Below, one piece after another: positions 33,795 to 43,548 of a DNA stretch of 44,846 bases. Location: contig CAMDCH010000002.1 of assembly GCA_945889655.1 (NCBI GenBank), positions 1 to 44,846 on the forward strand, read 5' to 3'. Within the stretch, counting starts at the first letter, position 1; every line of letters starts with the position of its first letter. The notes beneath the pieces were generated by a model. That model had not been told where the DNA came from, did no database searches, and saw nothing but the letters and a program-made list of their open reading frames with translations. This DNA comes from a bacterium HR33. GTDB lineage: Bacteria; Gemmatimonadota; Gemmatimonadetes; Gemmatimonadales; GWC2-71-9. The translations under genes and the position numbers were made by a program.

Positions 33795-34601
33795 ATGCGC
33801 AGGATAGCCTGGAGAGTCGTTGCGATGACCATGGCAGTGGTCTCGCTCAGCTGCAAACACCCGCTCAAGCCGGACGAGGTAGACACCTCAGTCCCGCAGC
33901 CCGCGTCCGCCAACGAGCCGGCCGGCTTCAAGCCGATTGCCAATCGCGGTTTTCTGAATCTCGTGGAAGACAACTGGATCTGGGGCGGCGACCTGAGTGC
34001 CTGGGCGCTGCGGAGCGAGCCGGACGCCCCGCAATCCAAGCCGTCCGTCGCGCGGATCACCCTCCCGGCAGGCTTTGCGTCCGGGGCCAGCCCGGTCCAT
34101 CTCGAGCGCAACCTGCGCGAGAACGATCATTTCTACCTGAACACGTGGATCCGGGTTTCCGACAACTGGAAGCCGAACCAGATCCAGGACGCCATGATGG
34201 CGATCTGGGGGGGCGGAAAGCCCCGGATCTTCTGGGGCTGGCGGCCGGACTCGACCGGAGAGCGCAAGATGCCGAACGCACTCATCCTGACTGAAGGGGT
34301 GCCGGGAGGCTCGCTCTGGCTCGATCCGAATGTCGTGAAAGACGCGGCGATCAAGGTCAACCAGTGGCATCACATCGAGATCGAAGTGCGCACCACCGGC
34401 GGCACCAACGGCAACGGGCGGTTCGTCTGCTGGCTGGACGGGGTGAAGATCTCATCGTATGACGATGTCCCGTACGGACTGCCGGCGGGCCAGCGGTGGG
34501 CCATGATCCAGGTCGGGCCGACCTGGGGCGGCCTCACCGAGCCGCTTGACCAGTCGCAGTGGGTGGAGTTCGACCATCTCTACATGAGCGCGCCGCAGTG
34601 A
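33795..34601 (+). CDS. lipoprotein of unknown function (beta-rich, possibly lectin/lyase-like fold)
   Basis: Track ORF trimmed to the ATG at 33795 (AGGAGAG upstream). Lipobox MAVVSLSC. I recognise no catalytic motif. Confidence 0.6.
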   Translation: MRRIAWRVVAMTMAVVSLSCKHPLKPDEVDTSVPQPASANEPAGFKPIANRGFLNLVEDNWIWGGDLSAWALRSEPDAPQSKPSVARITLPAGFASGASPVHLERNLRENDHFYLNTWIRVSDNWKPNQIQDAMMAIWGGGKPRIFWGWRPDSTGERKMPNALILTEGVPGGSLWLDPNVVKDAAIKVNQWHHIEIEVRTTGGTNGNGRFVCWLDGVKISSYDDVPYGLPAGQRWAMIQVGPTWGGLTEPLDQSQWVEFDHLYMSAPQ

Positions 34602-34912
34602 CCAAGGCTTGGGGGGTTCTCGTGGCGCTGCTGGCTCTCCCGTTCAGCATCGCCCTGGGTCGTGAGCTGTTCGCGGCCAGCCGGTGCGTGGAGCGCGGCG
34701 GTCTCTACGATTACTTCCGAGCGCTCTGCTACATGTCGGCCGAGCAGGCGTTCGACCCGCGTGGGGCGAGCCCGCTGCTCTGGATCTCGGGCTATCTCGT
34801 ATTGAAAATCATCGCCGTTGCCATCATCGCCGTCATGCCGTGGAAGGTACCGGTGCCGGCGTGGTGGCGGCGGCGTGTAGGAAGTCTCGTGGGGCAAAAA
34901 GCCGCCGTCTGA
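34598..34912 (+). CDS. small membrane protein (about 104 aa), unknown function
   Basis: The GTG at 34598 overlaps the preceding TGA (GTGA). Two hydrophobic helices (WGVLVALLALPFSIAL, LLWISGYLVLKIIAVAIIAV). A terminator follows. Confidence 0.45.
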   Translation: MTKAWGVLVALLALPFSIALGRELFAASRCVERGGLYDYFRALCYMSAEQAFDPRGASPLLWISGYLVLKIIAVAIIAVMPWKVPVPAWWRRRVGSLVGQKAAV

Positions 34913-34933
34913 AGTCGGTTTGTCCCGGAAAAC

Positions 34934-34961
34934 GCCCCCGAGTAGTTGGCGGGGGCTTTTT
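34934..34961 (+). terminator. intrinsic terminator
   Basis: GCCCCCG-agtagttgg-CGGGGGC followed by TTTTTCTTT. Confidence 0.65.
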
Positions 34962-35063
34962 CTTTGTACCCCCCGTCTGTAGCGGTTTCCCTGTTTGACA
35001 CGTCCCGGCGGTGGGGTCATGTTCTCCGGGCTTTGCCTCCTGGTCTCGATCGAGGAGCCGCAC

Positions 35064-36017
35064 ATGGAACGTGCCGCGCCTATCCCAGCTCAACTCGCAC
35101 ACCTCCGGGCCTCTGACGCCGCCGGAGCCCTCGTCGCAGGCCAAAGCATCCTCCTCACCGCCGTGGCACTCTGGCTGTCGTCGCGACCGGAGACGCTGCC
35201 CTGGCTCGCGGGCCAACTGCTGCTCGCGCTGGCCCTGGTGCAATGGTTCTCACTCCTCCACGAATGCGGGCACGAGACGCTCTTCCTGACGCGGCACTTG
35301 CATCTCCCGCTGGGCCATCTTGCCGCGGTCTTCTCGCTCATCCCGTTCTACAACTGGAAGCGGGTGCACGCGCGGCACCACAAGTGGACGGGATGGCAGG
35401 ACGTGGACCCGACGACGGCGGCGCTCGTCCCGCGCCCCCTGGGACGCGCCGAGCGCACGCTCGTGAACGTGTGCTGGAAGTACTGGATCCCGCTTTTCTC
35501 CGTGCTGTACCGCCTGAACAATTTCTGGAACTGGCCACGACTGCGCGGGCTCTTCGCGAAGGCGCGAGACCGGCGGCTCCTCGGGCTGAACCTGCTCGCC
35601 ATGCTCGGCGTCTATGCCGCGCTCGTCTGGTTCGTCGGGCCTGTCCTCCTGCTCCGGATGACCGGCCTCGCGGTGCTCCTCTCGCTCGTGGCGGAAGACC
35701 TCATTCTGCTCAGCCAGCACACGCACGTCCCGCAGCAGGTGAGCCACGGCGAGCCGGTGCGTCCCTTCCCCACCGTCGAGCAGGAAGTCTTTACGCGGTC
35801 GCTCGCCTTCCCGGGCTGGCTCTCGTCGCTGCTACTGCACATCGACGCGCACGAGCTGCACCACATGTATCCCTTCGTTCCCGGCTACCGGCTCTCCGGC
35901 ATCTCGTACGAGACGGAGAACGAGATCCACTGGTGGACGTGGGTTCGGCGGGCGCGCGCGATGCCGGGAGAGCTCTTTCTCTTCCATAACCGCCTGGAAA
36001 CGGGCGCCGACATCTGA
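35064..36017 (+). CDS. membrane fatty-acid desaturase family protein
   Basis: Track ORF trimmed to the ATG at 35064 (GAGGAG upstream). Three His boxes: HECGH, HARHH and HELHH. Confidence 0.88.
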   Translation: MERAAPIPAQLAHLRASDAAGALVAGQSILLTAVALWLSSRPETLPWLAGQLLLALALVQWFSLLHECGHETLFLTRHLHLPLGHLAAVFSLIPFYNWKRVHARHHKWTGWQDVDPTTAALVPRPLGRAERTLVNVCWKYWIPLFSVLYRLNNFWNWPRLRGLFAKARDRRLLGLNLLAMLGVYAALVWFVGPVLLLRMTGLAVLLSLVAEDLILLSQHTHVPQQVSHGEPVRPFPTVEQEVFTRSLAFPGWLSSLLLHIDAHELHHMYPFVPGYRLSGISYETENEIHWWTWVRRARAMPGELFLFHNRLETGADI

Positions 36018-36078
36018 GACGCGCGACCTGACCCGGCTCGATCCGCTCGTCTGCGCGCTCTTCCTCATCGTCGCGTTC

Positions 36079-36615
36079 GTGCTCGCAGGCCTGGCGCACT
36101 CGGCGTGGCTGCGGGCGCCGGTCTCGCGCCGACTGGCCATTCCCCTCGACGGCGGGGCGCGCGTCCGCGGACGCCGCGTCTTTGGCGACAACAAGACCGT
36201 GCGCGGCTTCGCGGTCATGATCCCCGCGACATCGATCGCGTTCGTCATCCTCGCGACCCTCGTGCGCCGCATCGCGCCCGGCCTGGCCGATGGACTCTGG
36301 CCCCTCACGACCGTCGAAATGGCCGCGCTTGGCGCCTGGGCCGCGTTCGGGTTCATGCTCGGCGAGCTCCCCAACTCGTTCGTCAAGCGCCAGCTCGATA
36401 TCGCGCCGGGCGCCGCGCCTCGCGGACCCGCCGCCAGAACCGTGGGCTTTCTCATCGACCGGTATGACTCCATCCTCGGCATGCTTGCCATCGTGACGCT
36501 CGTCGCCGGCGCGCCGTGGGCCACCTGGGGGTACGTAGCCCTGCTGGGACCGACGATCCATTGGTCGTTCAGCGTCCTGCTCTATCGGCTCGGCGTCAAG
36601 GCGCGCCCCGCATGA
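36079..36615 (+). CDS. CDP-archaeol synthase-like (CarS/DUF46 family) integral membrane cytidylyltransferase
   Basis: VFGDNKTVRGF, GELPNSFVKRQL and FLIDRYDSILG match the conserved FGxxKTxRG / NSFxKR / DxxD blocks of the CarS family. The frame stays open upstream with hydrophobic sequence, so the true start may lie before the GTG at 36079 (for example CTG at 36028). Confidence 0.72.
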   Translation: MLAGLAHSAWLRAPVSRRLAIPLDGGARVRGRRVFGDNKTVRGFAVMIPATSIAFVILATLVRRIAPGLADGLWPLTTVEMAALGAWAAFGFMLGELPNSFVKRQLDIAPGAAPRGPAARTVGFLIDRYDSILGMLAIVTLVAGAPWATWGYVALLGPTIHWSFSVLLYRLGVKARPA

Positions 36616-39305
36616 CGACGACCGCCGGGCGACCGCCCACCTTCACTGCGGCGGCGGAACCATTCTGCGTTTCCCTCCTCGCGGACACCGATCGCACCCT
36701 GGTCGGCGGCAAGGCGCATGCGCTGGCTGCCATGCTTCGGCTCGGTGTACGGGTGCCGGCGGGTTTCGTCATCACCACCCGCGCGTTCGCGGCCCATCTC
36801 GACCAACACGCGCTGGCAGATCGCATCGCTCAACTCTGCGACGGGTTGACCCCGCGCGACACCGCCCATATGAAGGACGTGTCAGCGACCATCGCGTCGG
36901 TCGTGCGCAGCGCTTCGCTCGCATCCGGGCTGCGCGACCAGGTTCTGCATGCCGCACAGCCCCTCTTGAGGAATGGGCCGGTGGTGGTGCGAAGCTCCGC
37001 GGTGGGTGAAGACTCGAGCACCGGATCCTTTGCCGGGCAGCTCGACTCCGTACTGCACGTCGCCTCGCAGGCCGATCTCGAGCGCGCGCTGCTCACCTGC
37101 TGGGCGTCCTATTGGTCCGAGCGCTCCCTGTTCTACCGGGTGGCGCGCGGCGTGGCGCTGGACGGCATGGGGGTGGTGATACAGTCGCAGGTGGCCGCGC
37201 GCGCGTCGGGAGTGATGTTCAGCGATGCGAGGGCCGGCGCCATCATGGTCGAATATGGACCAGGCCTCGCCGATGCACTGGTCGCCGGTACCATCGATCC
37301 CGGGCGGATCACCATAGATCCCGCGACGCGCCGCGTCACGCGGTTTGCCGCATCCGCGGAGCGCGCCGTCGACGAGCTGGTGTTGTCGGCGCCATCCATC
37401 GCGGCGCTCGCCAATGCCGGGTCCGGTCTCGAGCGCCTGTTCGGCGCTCCCCAGGACATTGAGTGGGCGATGGATTCCGGCGGTACGCTCTTCGTGGTGC
37501 AATCGCGGCCGATCACCGCGCCCGTGCAGTGGCCGCACCAACCGGCGTCCTCCGGGCCGGAAGCGCCGCCGGCGCATTGGTCCAACGCGAACGTCAACGA
37601 GAACTTTCCCGACCCGATCTCGCCCCTGCTCTACTCCATCGCGACGGCAGGGTACACCAGCTACTTCAGCAATCTCGCGCGAGCCCTTGGCATCGCGCCG
37701 GCTCGCATCGCCGCCCTGGCGCCGGCCTTCCGCCAGATCATCGGCGCCCACGGCGCGCGGATGTACTACAACCTGACGAACATCCACGCCATCCTGCGTC
37801 TTGCTCCATTTGGCGACGCATTGGCCGCGTCGTTCGACAGCTTCGTCGGGGCGGACGGGCCCGCGACAGCCGCCTCTCCTCGTCGTGGACTGGTGACGAA
37901 CGCGGTGGAAGCCGCTGTCGTTGCGATGAAGGCGTTCTGGCAGTACCGCTCCCTCCCAGCGCGCATTCGCCGGTTCGAGCGCACGGTTGACGCCTTCGCC
38001 GCGCGTACGCACCCCGAGCGCCTGAAGGACGCGCCGCTCGAGCAGCTCGGCGGCGCGCTGGATGATTTCATGGACATCCGCTGCCACCGGTGGCTGGACG
38101 CGTCGCTCGCCGATGCGGCGGCCATGGTGTGCTACCGGGCGCTTCAACGACTGCTCGCGCATGCCTACCCGGCCGGGGAGCGTGGCGCCGTCCATACCTC
38201 GCTGCTCACGGCGATCCCCGACGTGGTCAGCGCCGAGCCTGTTTACGCGCTCTGGGCGCTCTCCCGCGTCATCCGCGAGGATGAGGCATTGTCCCGACTC
38301 TTCCAGGCCGAGGGCCCGGAAGTCATCCTCTCCGCCCTGGCGAACGATCCACGGTTCACCGCGTTTCAGAAAGCGTTCGCCGAGTACCTGGAGCGTTGGG
38401 GCTTTCGCTGCTCTTCCGAGCTGATGCTCACGGTGCCGAGCTTCCAGGAGGATCCCGCACCTCTCTTCGATATGCTGCGCGCCTACGCCCGGCTGGACGG
38501 CGACTCGCCGGTGGAGGCGCTGGCGCGCCAGGCCGCGGAGCGCGAGGCGCTGACCGCGCGCCTGGCCGAAGAGCTCGCGTGGCGGCCGGTCTTTGGATGG
38601 CTCCCTTTCCCGACCTGCGCCCAGCTGCTCCGCGTGCTCCTGCCGTGGACCCATGCGGCCATTCGGTTCCGCGAGCGCGCTCGGCTCAAGCAGGCGCTCC
38701 TCTACAGCCGGTGCCGGCGCATTGCACTCGCTCTGGGCGAGCGACTGTCCGCGCGCGGCGTGCTTCCCACCCGCGACCACGTGTTCTGGCTGAGCGTCGA
38801 CGAGCTGCGCGAACTCGCCGCGGGAAGCGCCATGTACCCGCGGGCCACCCGTGAGCTCGTCGAGACCCGCGCCCGCGCGCACGCGGTGCTCACGGCAACG
38901 ACGCCCCCCGACGCCTTCGTCCTCGCCCGGGGCGAGTACCTGCCCGTCGGCTCGGTAGCGCCGGCAGTGGCGCGTGAGGCCTCCACCACGCTCACCGGCA
39001 CGCCCGCATGCGGCGGCCGCGTCACCGGGCGCGCGACCGTGCTGCGCGACGTCACCGAGGCGGCGCGGCTCGCGCGCGGCGACATCCTGGTCACCAGGCA
39101 GACCGACCCGGGATGGGCCCCGGCGTTCTTCCTGATCGCCGGGCTCGTGATCGAGCGCGGCGGCATGCTCTCCCACGGGGCGATCATCGCCCGCGAGTTC
39201 GGCATTCCCTGCGTCGTTGCGGTACGCGGCGCGACGGAAGCCATTCCCGATGGCGCCACCATCACGGTCGATGGAGACCATGGCAACGTCCAGCTCGCCG
39301 ATTGA
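36612..39305 (+). CDS. PEP-utilising-enzyme family phosphotransferase with rifampin-phosphotransferase-like domain order (N-terminal ATP-grasp, long middle domain, C-terminal swivel His domain)
   Basis: Track ORF trimmed to the ATG at 36612 (ATGA overlap). N-terminus GGKAHALAAMLRLGVRVPAGFVITT (PPDK_N-like). C-terminus GDILVTRQTDPGWAPAFFLIAGLVIERGGMLSHGAIIAREFGIPCVV (mobile His domain). No C-terminal PEP/pyruvate TIM-barrel domain. Confidence 0.86.
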   Translation: MTTTAGRPPTFTAAAEPFCVSLLADTDRTLVGGKAHALAAMLRLGVRVPAGFVITTRAFAAHLDQHALADRIAQLCDGLTPRDTAHMKDVSATIASVVRSASLASGLRDQVLHAAQPLLRNGPVVVRSSAVGEDSSTGSFAGQLDSVLHVASQADLERALLTCWASYWSERSLFYRVARGVALDGMGVVIQSQVAARASGVMFSDARAGAIMVEYGPGLADALVAGTIDPGRITIDPATRRVTRFAASAERAVDELVLSAPSIAALANAGSGLERLFGAPQDIEWAMDSGGTLFVVQSRPITAPVQWPHQPASSGPEAPPAHWSNANVNENFPDPISPLLYSIATAGYTSYFSNLARALGIAPARIAALAPAFRQIIGAHGARMYYNLTNIHAILRLAPFGDALAASFDSFVGADGPATAASPRRGLVTNAVEAAVVAMKAFWQYRSLPARIRRFERTVDAFAARTHPERLKDAPLEQLGGALDDFMDIRCHRWLDASLADAAAMVCYRALQRLLAHAYPAGERGAVHTSLLTAIPDVVSAEPVYALWALSRVIREDEALSRLFQAEGPEVILSALANDPRFTAFQKAFAEYLERWGFRCSSELMLTVPSFQEDPAPLFDMLRAYARLDGDSPVEALARQAAEREALTARLAEELAWRPVFGWLPFPTCAQLLRVLLPWTHAAIRFRERARLKQALLYSRCRRIALALGERLSARGVLPTRDHVFWLSVDELRELAAGSAMYPRATRELVETRARAHAVLTATTPPDAFVLARGEYLPVGSVAPAVAREASTTLTGTPACGGRVTGRATVLRDVTEAARLARGDILVTRQTDPGWAPAFFLIAGLVIERGGMLSHGAIIAREFGIPCVVAVRGATEAIPDGATITVDGDHGNVQLAD

Positions 39306-39939
39306 CGCGGCCACGGCCTACCTGCGGGAGCGCTATGCGTCTCCCCTTTTCGTCGTGCTGGCCGCGCTGCTCACCGCGACAGGGTTCGCCATTTCACCCG
39401 GAGAGGCAGGCCCGGCGGCGCTCTTCCGGTCCCTGGCGATCGCCTTCCTGCTCGTGCTCTCCTTCCGCATCGGCGACGACCTGGCAGACGCGCCACGCGA
39501 CCGCGTGCGTCATCCCGATCGCGTGCTCGTCCGCGCGCCGGAGCGCGGCCCCTTCATCGCCCTGCTCGCAGCCACGACGGCCCTCGCCGTCGCAATCATC
39601 GCCACCGCGCCACAACCCTTCGCGCGGCTCATTGCCATCGGCGGGGCCGCACTGGTGCTCGGCGCCTGGTATGCCGCGCGTGGCGACGCAAAGCCGCTCG
39701 TCGCCGCCCACGTCGTTCTCGCGAAATACCCCGTCATCGCTCTCGCCGCGGCGCCGGCGTTCCCGCGCAGCGTGACCGGATCCGTCGTGGCGATACTCGC
39801 CGCGCTCTATGCCGTCCTGTGCGCGTACGAAACGTTCCACGACCCGGTGCTCCGCGGTTCGCCGGCCGCACGCCGTCTCGCCCTGCTCGAGGCGGTGCTG
39901 GTCGCTCCCCTGCTCCTGCTCGGAGGACTCCTTCGGTGA
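39280..39939 (+). CDS. polytopic membrane protein, short UbiA-prenyltransferase-like
   Basis: FRIGDDLADAPRDRVRHPDR resembles the first Asp-rich motif of UbiA enzymes (NDxxDxxxD...R..RP). It has about 6-7 hydrophobic helices. I see no clear second Asp-rich motif. Start is the ATG at 39280 or 39271, overlapping the previous gene. Confidence 0.5.
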   Translation: MATSSSPIDAATAYLRERYASPLFVVLAALLTATGFAISPGEAGPAALFRSLAIAFLLVLSFRIGDDLADAPRDRVRHPDRVLVRAPERGPFIALLAATTALAVAIIATAPQPFARLIAIGGAALVLGAWYAARGDAKPLVAAHVVLAKYPVIALAAAPAFPRSVTGSVVAILAALYAVLCAYETFHDPVLRGSPAARRLALLEAVLVAPLLLLGGLLR

Positions 39940-40925
39940 CCGCTACCGCTTCACCCCGCGAGCGTACGCCGCTTTCGCCGAGCGGACCGGCGCCGGACGC
40001 GTTTGAGACCGTGCCCTGCTATCTCTGCGGCTCCTCCGAGTGCACGCCCTTCATCGAGGCCGAAGACGACCTCACCGGCAAGCCGGGCCGCTTCCACTTC
40101 GTGACGTGCACGAGGTGCGGACTGCGGTATCAGAGTCCCCGCCTTTCGGTGGAACACATCAAGGCGTACTACGACGACGAATACATCGCGCACCGGAAGA
40201 AGAGCGACTGGGGAGTACTCACGGGCTTCTTCAACTGGGCGATGGACCGCCACGACCGGCAGAAGGATGCGATCGTGCGCCGTTACCTGGCGCTCAACGC
40301 CCATAGCCGAGTGCTCGACGTGGGGTGCGCGGTAGGAACGTTCCTGCAAAAGATGCGTGCGCGATATGGCACGCATGTGGCGGGCGTGGATTTCAAGGAT
40401 CTCCGCGCGCACCCGTCGCTGGCGGGCGTCGACTTTCGCTGCGGACTGTTCTACGAGCAGGATTTCGGCCAGGAGCGATTCGACCTGATCACCATGTGGC
40501 ACTTTCTCGAGCACGACTACGACCCGATGCGGACCCTCGCCACAGCCCGTGAGCTGCTCGCGGCGAACGGACGGCTGGTGATCGAGGTGCCGAGGCTCGA
40601 CAGCCTCACCTTCCGGATGTATCGCCACCGCTGGCCCGGCCTCCAGGCGCCGCAGCACACCGTGTTGTACGACAAGCGGGCGCTGCTCGCCGCCGTCGAC
40701 AAGGCGGGGCTCGAGGTGGAAGCGTTTCTGCCCTATGGAGCCTTCCCGGCGTTCTTCTACTTCTTCGCCGGCGCCGCGTTCACGATGCTGCGGGGGCGCG
40801 GCTTGAATCTCTCCAGGGCGATCTACCCCTACTTCGTCGGGCAGCTCCTCTTCGCCCCCCTCCTCGCGTTCGAGAAGCAGCTCAACTTTGCCATGCAGAC
40901 TGTCGTCTGCCGGAGGCGCGCATGA
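39936..40925 (+). CDS. class I SAM-dependent methyltransferase with N-terminal Cys4 zinc-ribbon
   Basis: The GTG at 39936 overlaps the preceding TGA. CYLCGSSEC...CTRCGLRY is a zinc ribbon. VLDVGCAVGTFL is SAM motif I. Confidence 0.84.
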   Translation: MTATASPRERTPLSPSGPAPDAFETVPCYLCGSSECTPFIEAEDDLTGKPGRFHFVTCTRCGLRYQSPRLSVEHIKAYYDDEYIAHRKKSDWGVLTGFFNWAMDRHDRQKDAIVRRYLALNAHSRVLDVGCAVGTFLQKMRARYGTHVAGVDFKDLRAHPSLAGVDFRCGLFYEQDFGQERFDLITMWHFLEHDYDPMRTLATARELLAANGRLVIEVPRLDSLTFRMYRHRWPGLQAPQHTVLYDKRALLAAVDKAGLEVEAFLPYGAFPAFFYFFAGAAFTMLRGRGLNLSRAIYPYFVGQLLFAPLLAFEKQLNFAMQTVVCRRRA

Positions 40926-41740
40926 CCCACGCTGCGACTCCCGTCGCCGAGCGCGCACCGTCCGCGCTGCACGACACCGGTGGCACGAGCCTGAAGACCC
41001 GGATCCGCCTTGCCGCCACCATGGCCGTGCTCAGCGCCGGCGCGCTCGTCATGCTCATCGCGGCCATTCCGACGCTCGGGCTCGCGCGGCGGTTCTATTC
41101 GGAGGTCATCGGCCGGGCGACCGGGAATGCGATCCTCCGCCTGTGGGGCCTGCACTACGTCGTGCACCGTTCGCGGCCGCTTCCGGCGGGCCAGGCGGTC
41201 TACATCAGCAATCACACGTCCACCATCGATCTCTTCCTGCTCATCGCCCTCGCACTGCCGCGCACCCGGTTCTTCCTGGCCGGTTTCCTCCGCAAGCTCG
41301 TTCCGCTCGGCGTCGTCGGTTACCTCATCCGCATCTTCTGGACGGTGCCGCAGCAGTTTCCAGAGCTGCGGCGGCGCATCTTTGCGCGCGCCGATCGCAT
41401 CCTGCGCCGCAGCGGCGATTCGGTGTATCTGAGCCCCGAGGGCAAGCGGGTCGTCAGCGGCGAGATGGGCCACTTCAACAAGGGCTCCTTCCATCTCGCC
41501 ACCAGCCTCCGCGCTCCGATCATCCCCATCTACTTCGCCATTCCGCAGGACATCAATCCCGGCATGGGCTTCGACGCGAAACCCGGGCGGATCGACATCT
41601 GGTTCCTCCGCCCCATCGAGACGCGCGACTGGCGGCTCGAGGACCTGGAAGAAAATCGTGACGCCGTGCGCGACCTCTTCGTACGCGTGCACGACGCGGT
41701 ACGCGCGACCGGGCGGCCGGCGGCGGAGCTGACCGGATGA
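40922..41740 (+). CDS. lysophospholipid/1-acyl-sn-glycerol-3-phosphate acyltransferase family (AGPAT/PlsC-like)
   Basis: N-terminal TM helix. HX4D motif in YISNHTSTIDLF. LSPEGKR block. ATGA overlap at both ends. Confidence 0.87.
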   Translation: MTHAATPVAERAPSALHDTGGTSLKTRIRLAATMAVLSAGALVMLIAAIPTLGLARRFYSEVIGRATGNAILRLWGLHYVVHRSRPLPAGQAVYISNHTSTIDLFLLIALALPRTRFFLAGFLRKLVPLGVVGYLIRIFWTVPQQFPELRRRIFARADRILRRSGDSVYLSPEGKRVVSGEMGHFNKGSFHLATSLRAPIIPIYFAIPQDINPGMGFDAKPGRIDIWFLRPIETRDWRLEDLEENRDAVRDLFVRVHDAVRATGRPAAELTG

Positions 41741-43548
41741 CGCACGACGGTCGCACGCTGGTCGACCTGCTGCGCACTCGCGCGCAGGGCGACGAGCGCC
41801 GCCTCGGCTACACATTCCTGGTGGACGGCGAGCGCGAGGGCGCCACGCTGACCTACGAGGACCTCGACCGCCGTGCGCGCGCCATCGCCGTCCTGCTGGC
41901 CGATCGGGGGGTGCGGTCCGGGGATCGCGCGCTGCTCCTCTACCCCCCCGGACTCGATTTCATCGCCGCGTTCTTCGGTTGCCTGTACGCCGGCGTTGTC
42001 GCGGTCCCGTTGTACCCGCCGCACCCGTCGCAGATCGCGCGCGCGCTCCCCCGGCTCCTCGCGATCACCGCGGACGCGGAGGCAGGCGTGGTGCTCTGCA
42101 CCGGGGCGGTGGCAGCGATGGCCGCCGACGTCTCGCGGCTGGCGCCGGCCCTGCACGGGCTCAGCTGGCTCGCCACCGACACGCTCGCCGATGGCTCGGC
42201 GGAGTGGCGCGAGCCCGACATCGACGGTGATTCGCTGGTCTTCCTTCAGTACACGTCGGGATCGACCGCGGCTCCGAAAGGCGTGATGGTCAGCCACGCC
42301 AACCTGCTCCACAACCTTGGCTACGCCTGCTACGCCGCCGAAAACGACCGCACCACCATCGCCGTGTCGTGGCTCCCCGTCATTCACGACATGGGGCTCA
42401 TCGAAGGCGTGCTCCAGCCGGTGTACGCCGGCTACCCGACCTATCTCATGGCGCCGGCATCCTTTCTTCAGCGCCCCAGTCGCTGGCTCGAGGCCATCAC
42501 GCGCTACCGCGCGACAAACAGCGGCGGGCCCAACTTCGCCTACGACCTTTGCGTCCGAAGGATCGCGCCGGCCGGGCGTGAGGCGCTCGATCTCTCATCA
42601 TGGCGCGTGGCATACAACGGTGCCGAACCGATCCGGCGTGATACGCTGGTCGCGTTTCACGCTGCGTTTCGTCGCTCGGGTTTCCGCTGGAAGGCCTTCT
42701 ATCCGGTCTACGGCCTCGCCGAGGCCACGCTCGTGGTGTCGACCGGCCGAAGGAACTATGAGCCCGTGGTCTGCGAGGCTGACGCCGATCGCCTCGCGGA
42801 GACGGCGACGCTGGCGGCGGGCGCCGGGAATCCGCGCGTCGTGCCCCTGGTGTCGAGTGGACCGGCCTTGTACGGCACCCGGGTCCTCATCGTCGACCCC
42901 GAGTCGCTCGAACGCTGCCCGCCCGATCGCGTCGGGGAGATCTGGATCGATTCGCCGAGCGTGGCGCAGGGGTATTGGCGTCGCCCGGCCGAAAGCGCCG
43001 AGTGCTTCCAGGCCCGCACCAGTGATGGCGACGGGCCGTTTCTCCGCACCGGCGACCTGGGGGTGCTGCGCGACGGCGAGCTGTTCGTCACCGGGCGGCT
43101 GAAGGATCTGCTCATCGTGCGCGGCTACAAGCACTATCCGCAGGACCTCGAGCTCACCGCCGAGCGGCAGCATGAGATCATCCGGCCCGGCTGTGTGGCG
43201 GCGTTCGCGATCGAAGTCGGCGGCCATGAAACGGTGGCCATCCTCGCCGAAGTGAACCAGCGCGGACTCTCGGCAGACCACCACGAACGCGAAGCGACGC
43301 TCGCGCAGGTCGTCACGTCCGTGCGGACCGCCGTTGCTGACCAGCACGGCATCCAGCTCGCCGCGGTTTCGCTGATCGGTATTGGCGCCCTTCCGAAGAC
43401 ATCGAGCGGGAAGCTCCGGCGCCAGGCCTGTCGTGCAGCATTTCACGATGCCTCGCTGGACGAGCTGACGCGGTGGACGCTGCCGGTGTTCGTAGACCAC
43501 ACCGACGACGCGCCATCCATCAGTCGAGCGCTTCGCACCGGATCATGA
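41737..43548 (+). CDS. fatty acyl-AMP ligase / acyl-CoA synthetase family adenylating enzyme (FadD32-like)
   Basis: LGYTFLVDGE...LTYEDLDRRARAIAVLL...FLQYTSGSTAAPKGVMVSHANLLHN...GRLKDLLIVRGYKHYPQDLE, as in FAAL-type enzymes. Confidence 0.92.
   Translation: MTHDGRTLVDLLRTRAQGDERRLGYTFLVDGEREGATLTYEDLDRRARAIAVLLADRGVRSGDRALLLYPPGLDFIAAFFGCLYAGVVAVPLYPPHPSQIARALPRLLAITADAEAGVVLCTGAVAAMAADVSRLAPALHGLSWLATDTLADGSAEWREPDIDGDSLVFLQYTSGSTAAPKGVMVSHANLLHNLGYACYAAENDRTTIAVSWLPVIHDMGLIEGVLQPVYAGYPTYLMAPASFLQRPSRWLEAITRYRATNSGGPNFAYDLCVRRIAPAGREALDLSSWRVAYNGAEPIRRDTLVAFHAAFRRSGFRWKAFYPVYGLAEATLVVSTGRRNYEPVVCEADADRLAETATLAAGAGNPRVVPLVSSGPALYGTRVLIVDPESLERCPPDRVGEIWIDSPSVAQGYWRRPAESAECFQARTSDGDGPFLRTGDLGVLRDGELFVTGRLKDLLIVRGYKHYPQDLELTAERQHEIIRPGCVAAFAIEVGGHETVAILAEVNQRGLSADHHEREATLAQVVTSVRTAVADQHGIQLAAVSLIGIGALPKTSSGKLRRQACRAAFHDASLDELTRWTLPVFVDHTDDAPSISRALRTGS

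Noticed and set aside
36882-39314. Very long ORFs antisense or out of frame to confident genes (for example 36882..39314 -, 30013..32022 +, 13834..15375 +, 5742..6812 -, 43443..44600 -, 40829..41815 -).
   Set aside because: Their translations are Arg/Gly/Pro/Ala-rich low-complexity strings without motifs. Each lies opposite a gene with clear family signatures. Long spurious ORFs are expected at this GC content because stop codons are AT-rich.
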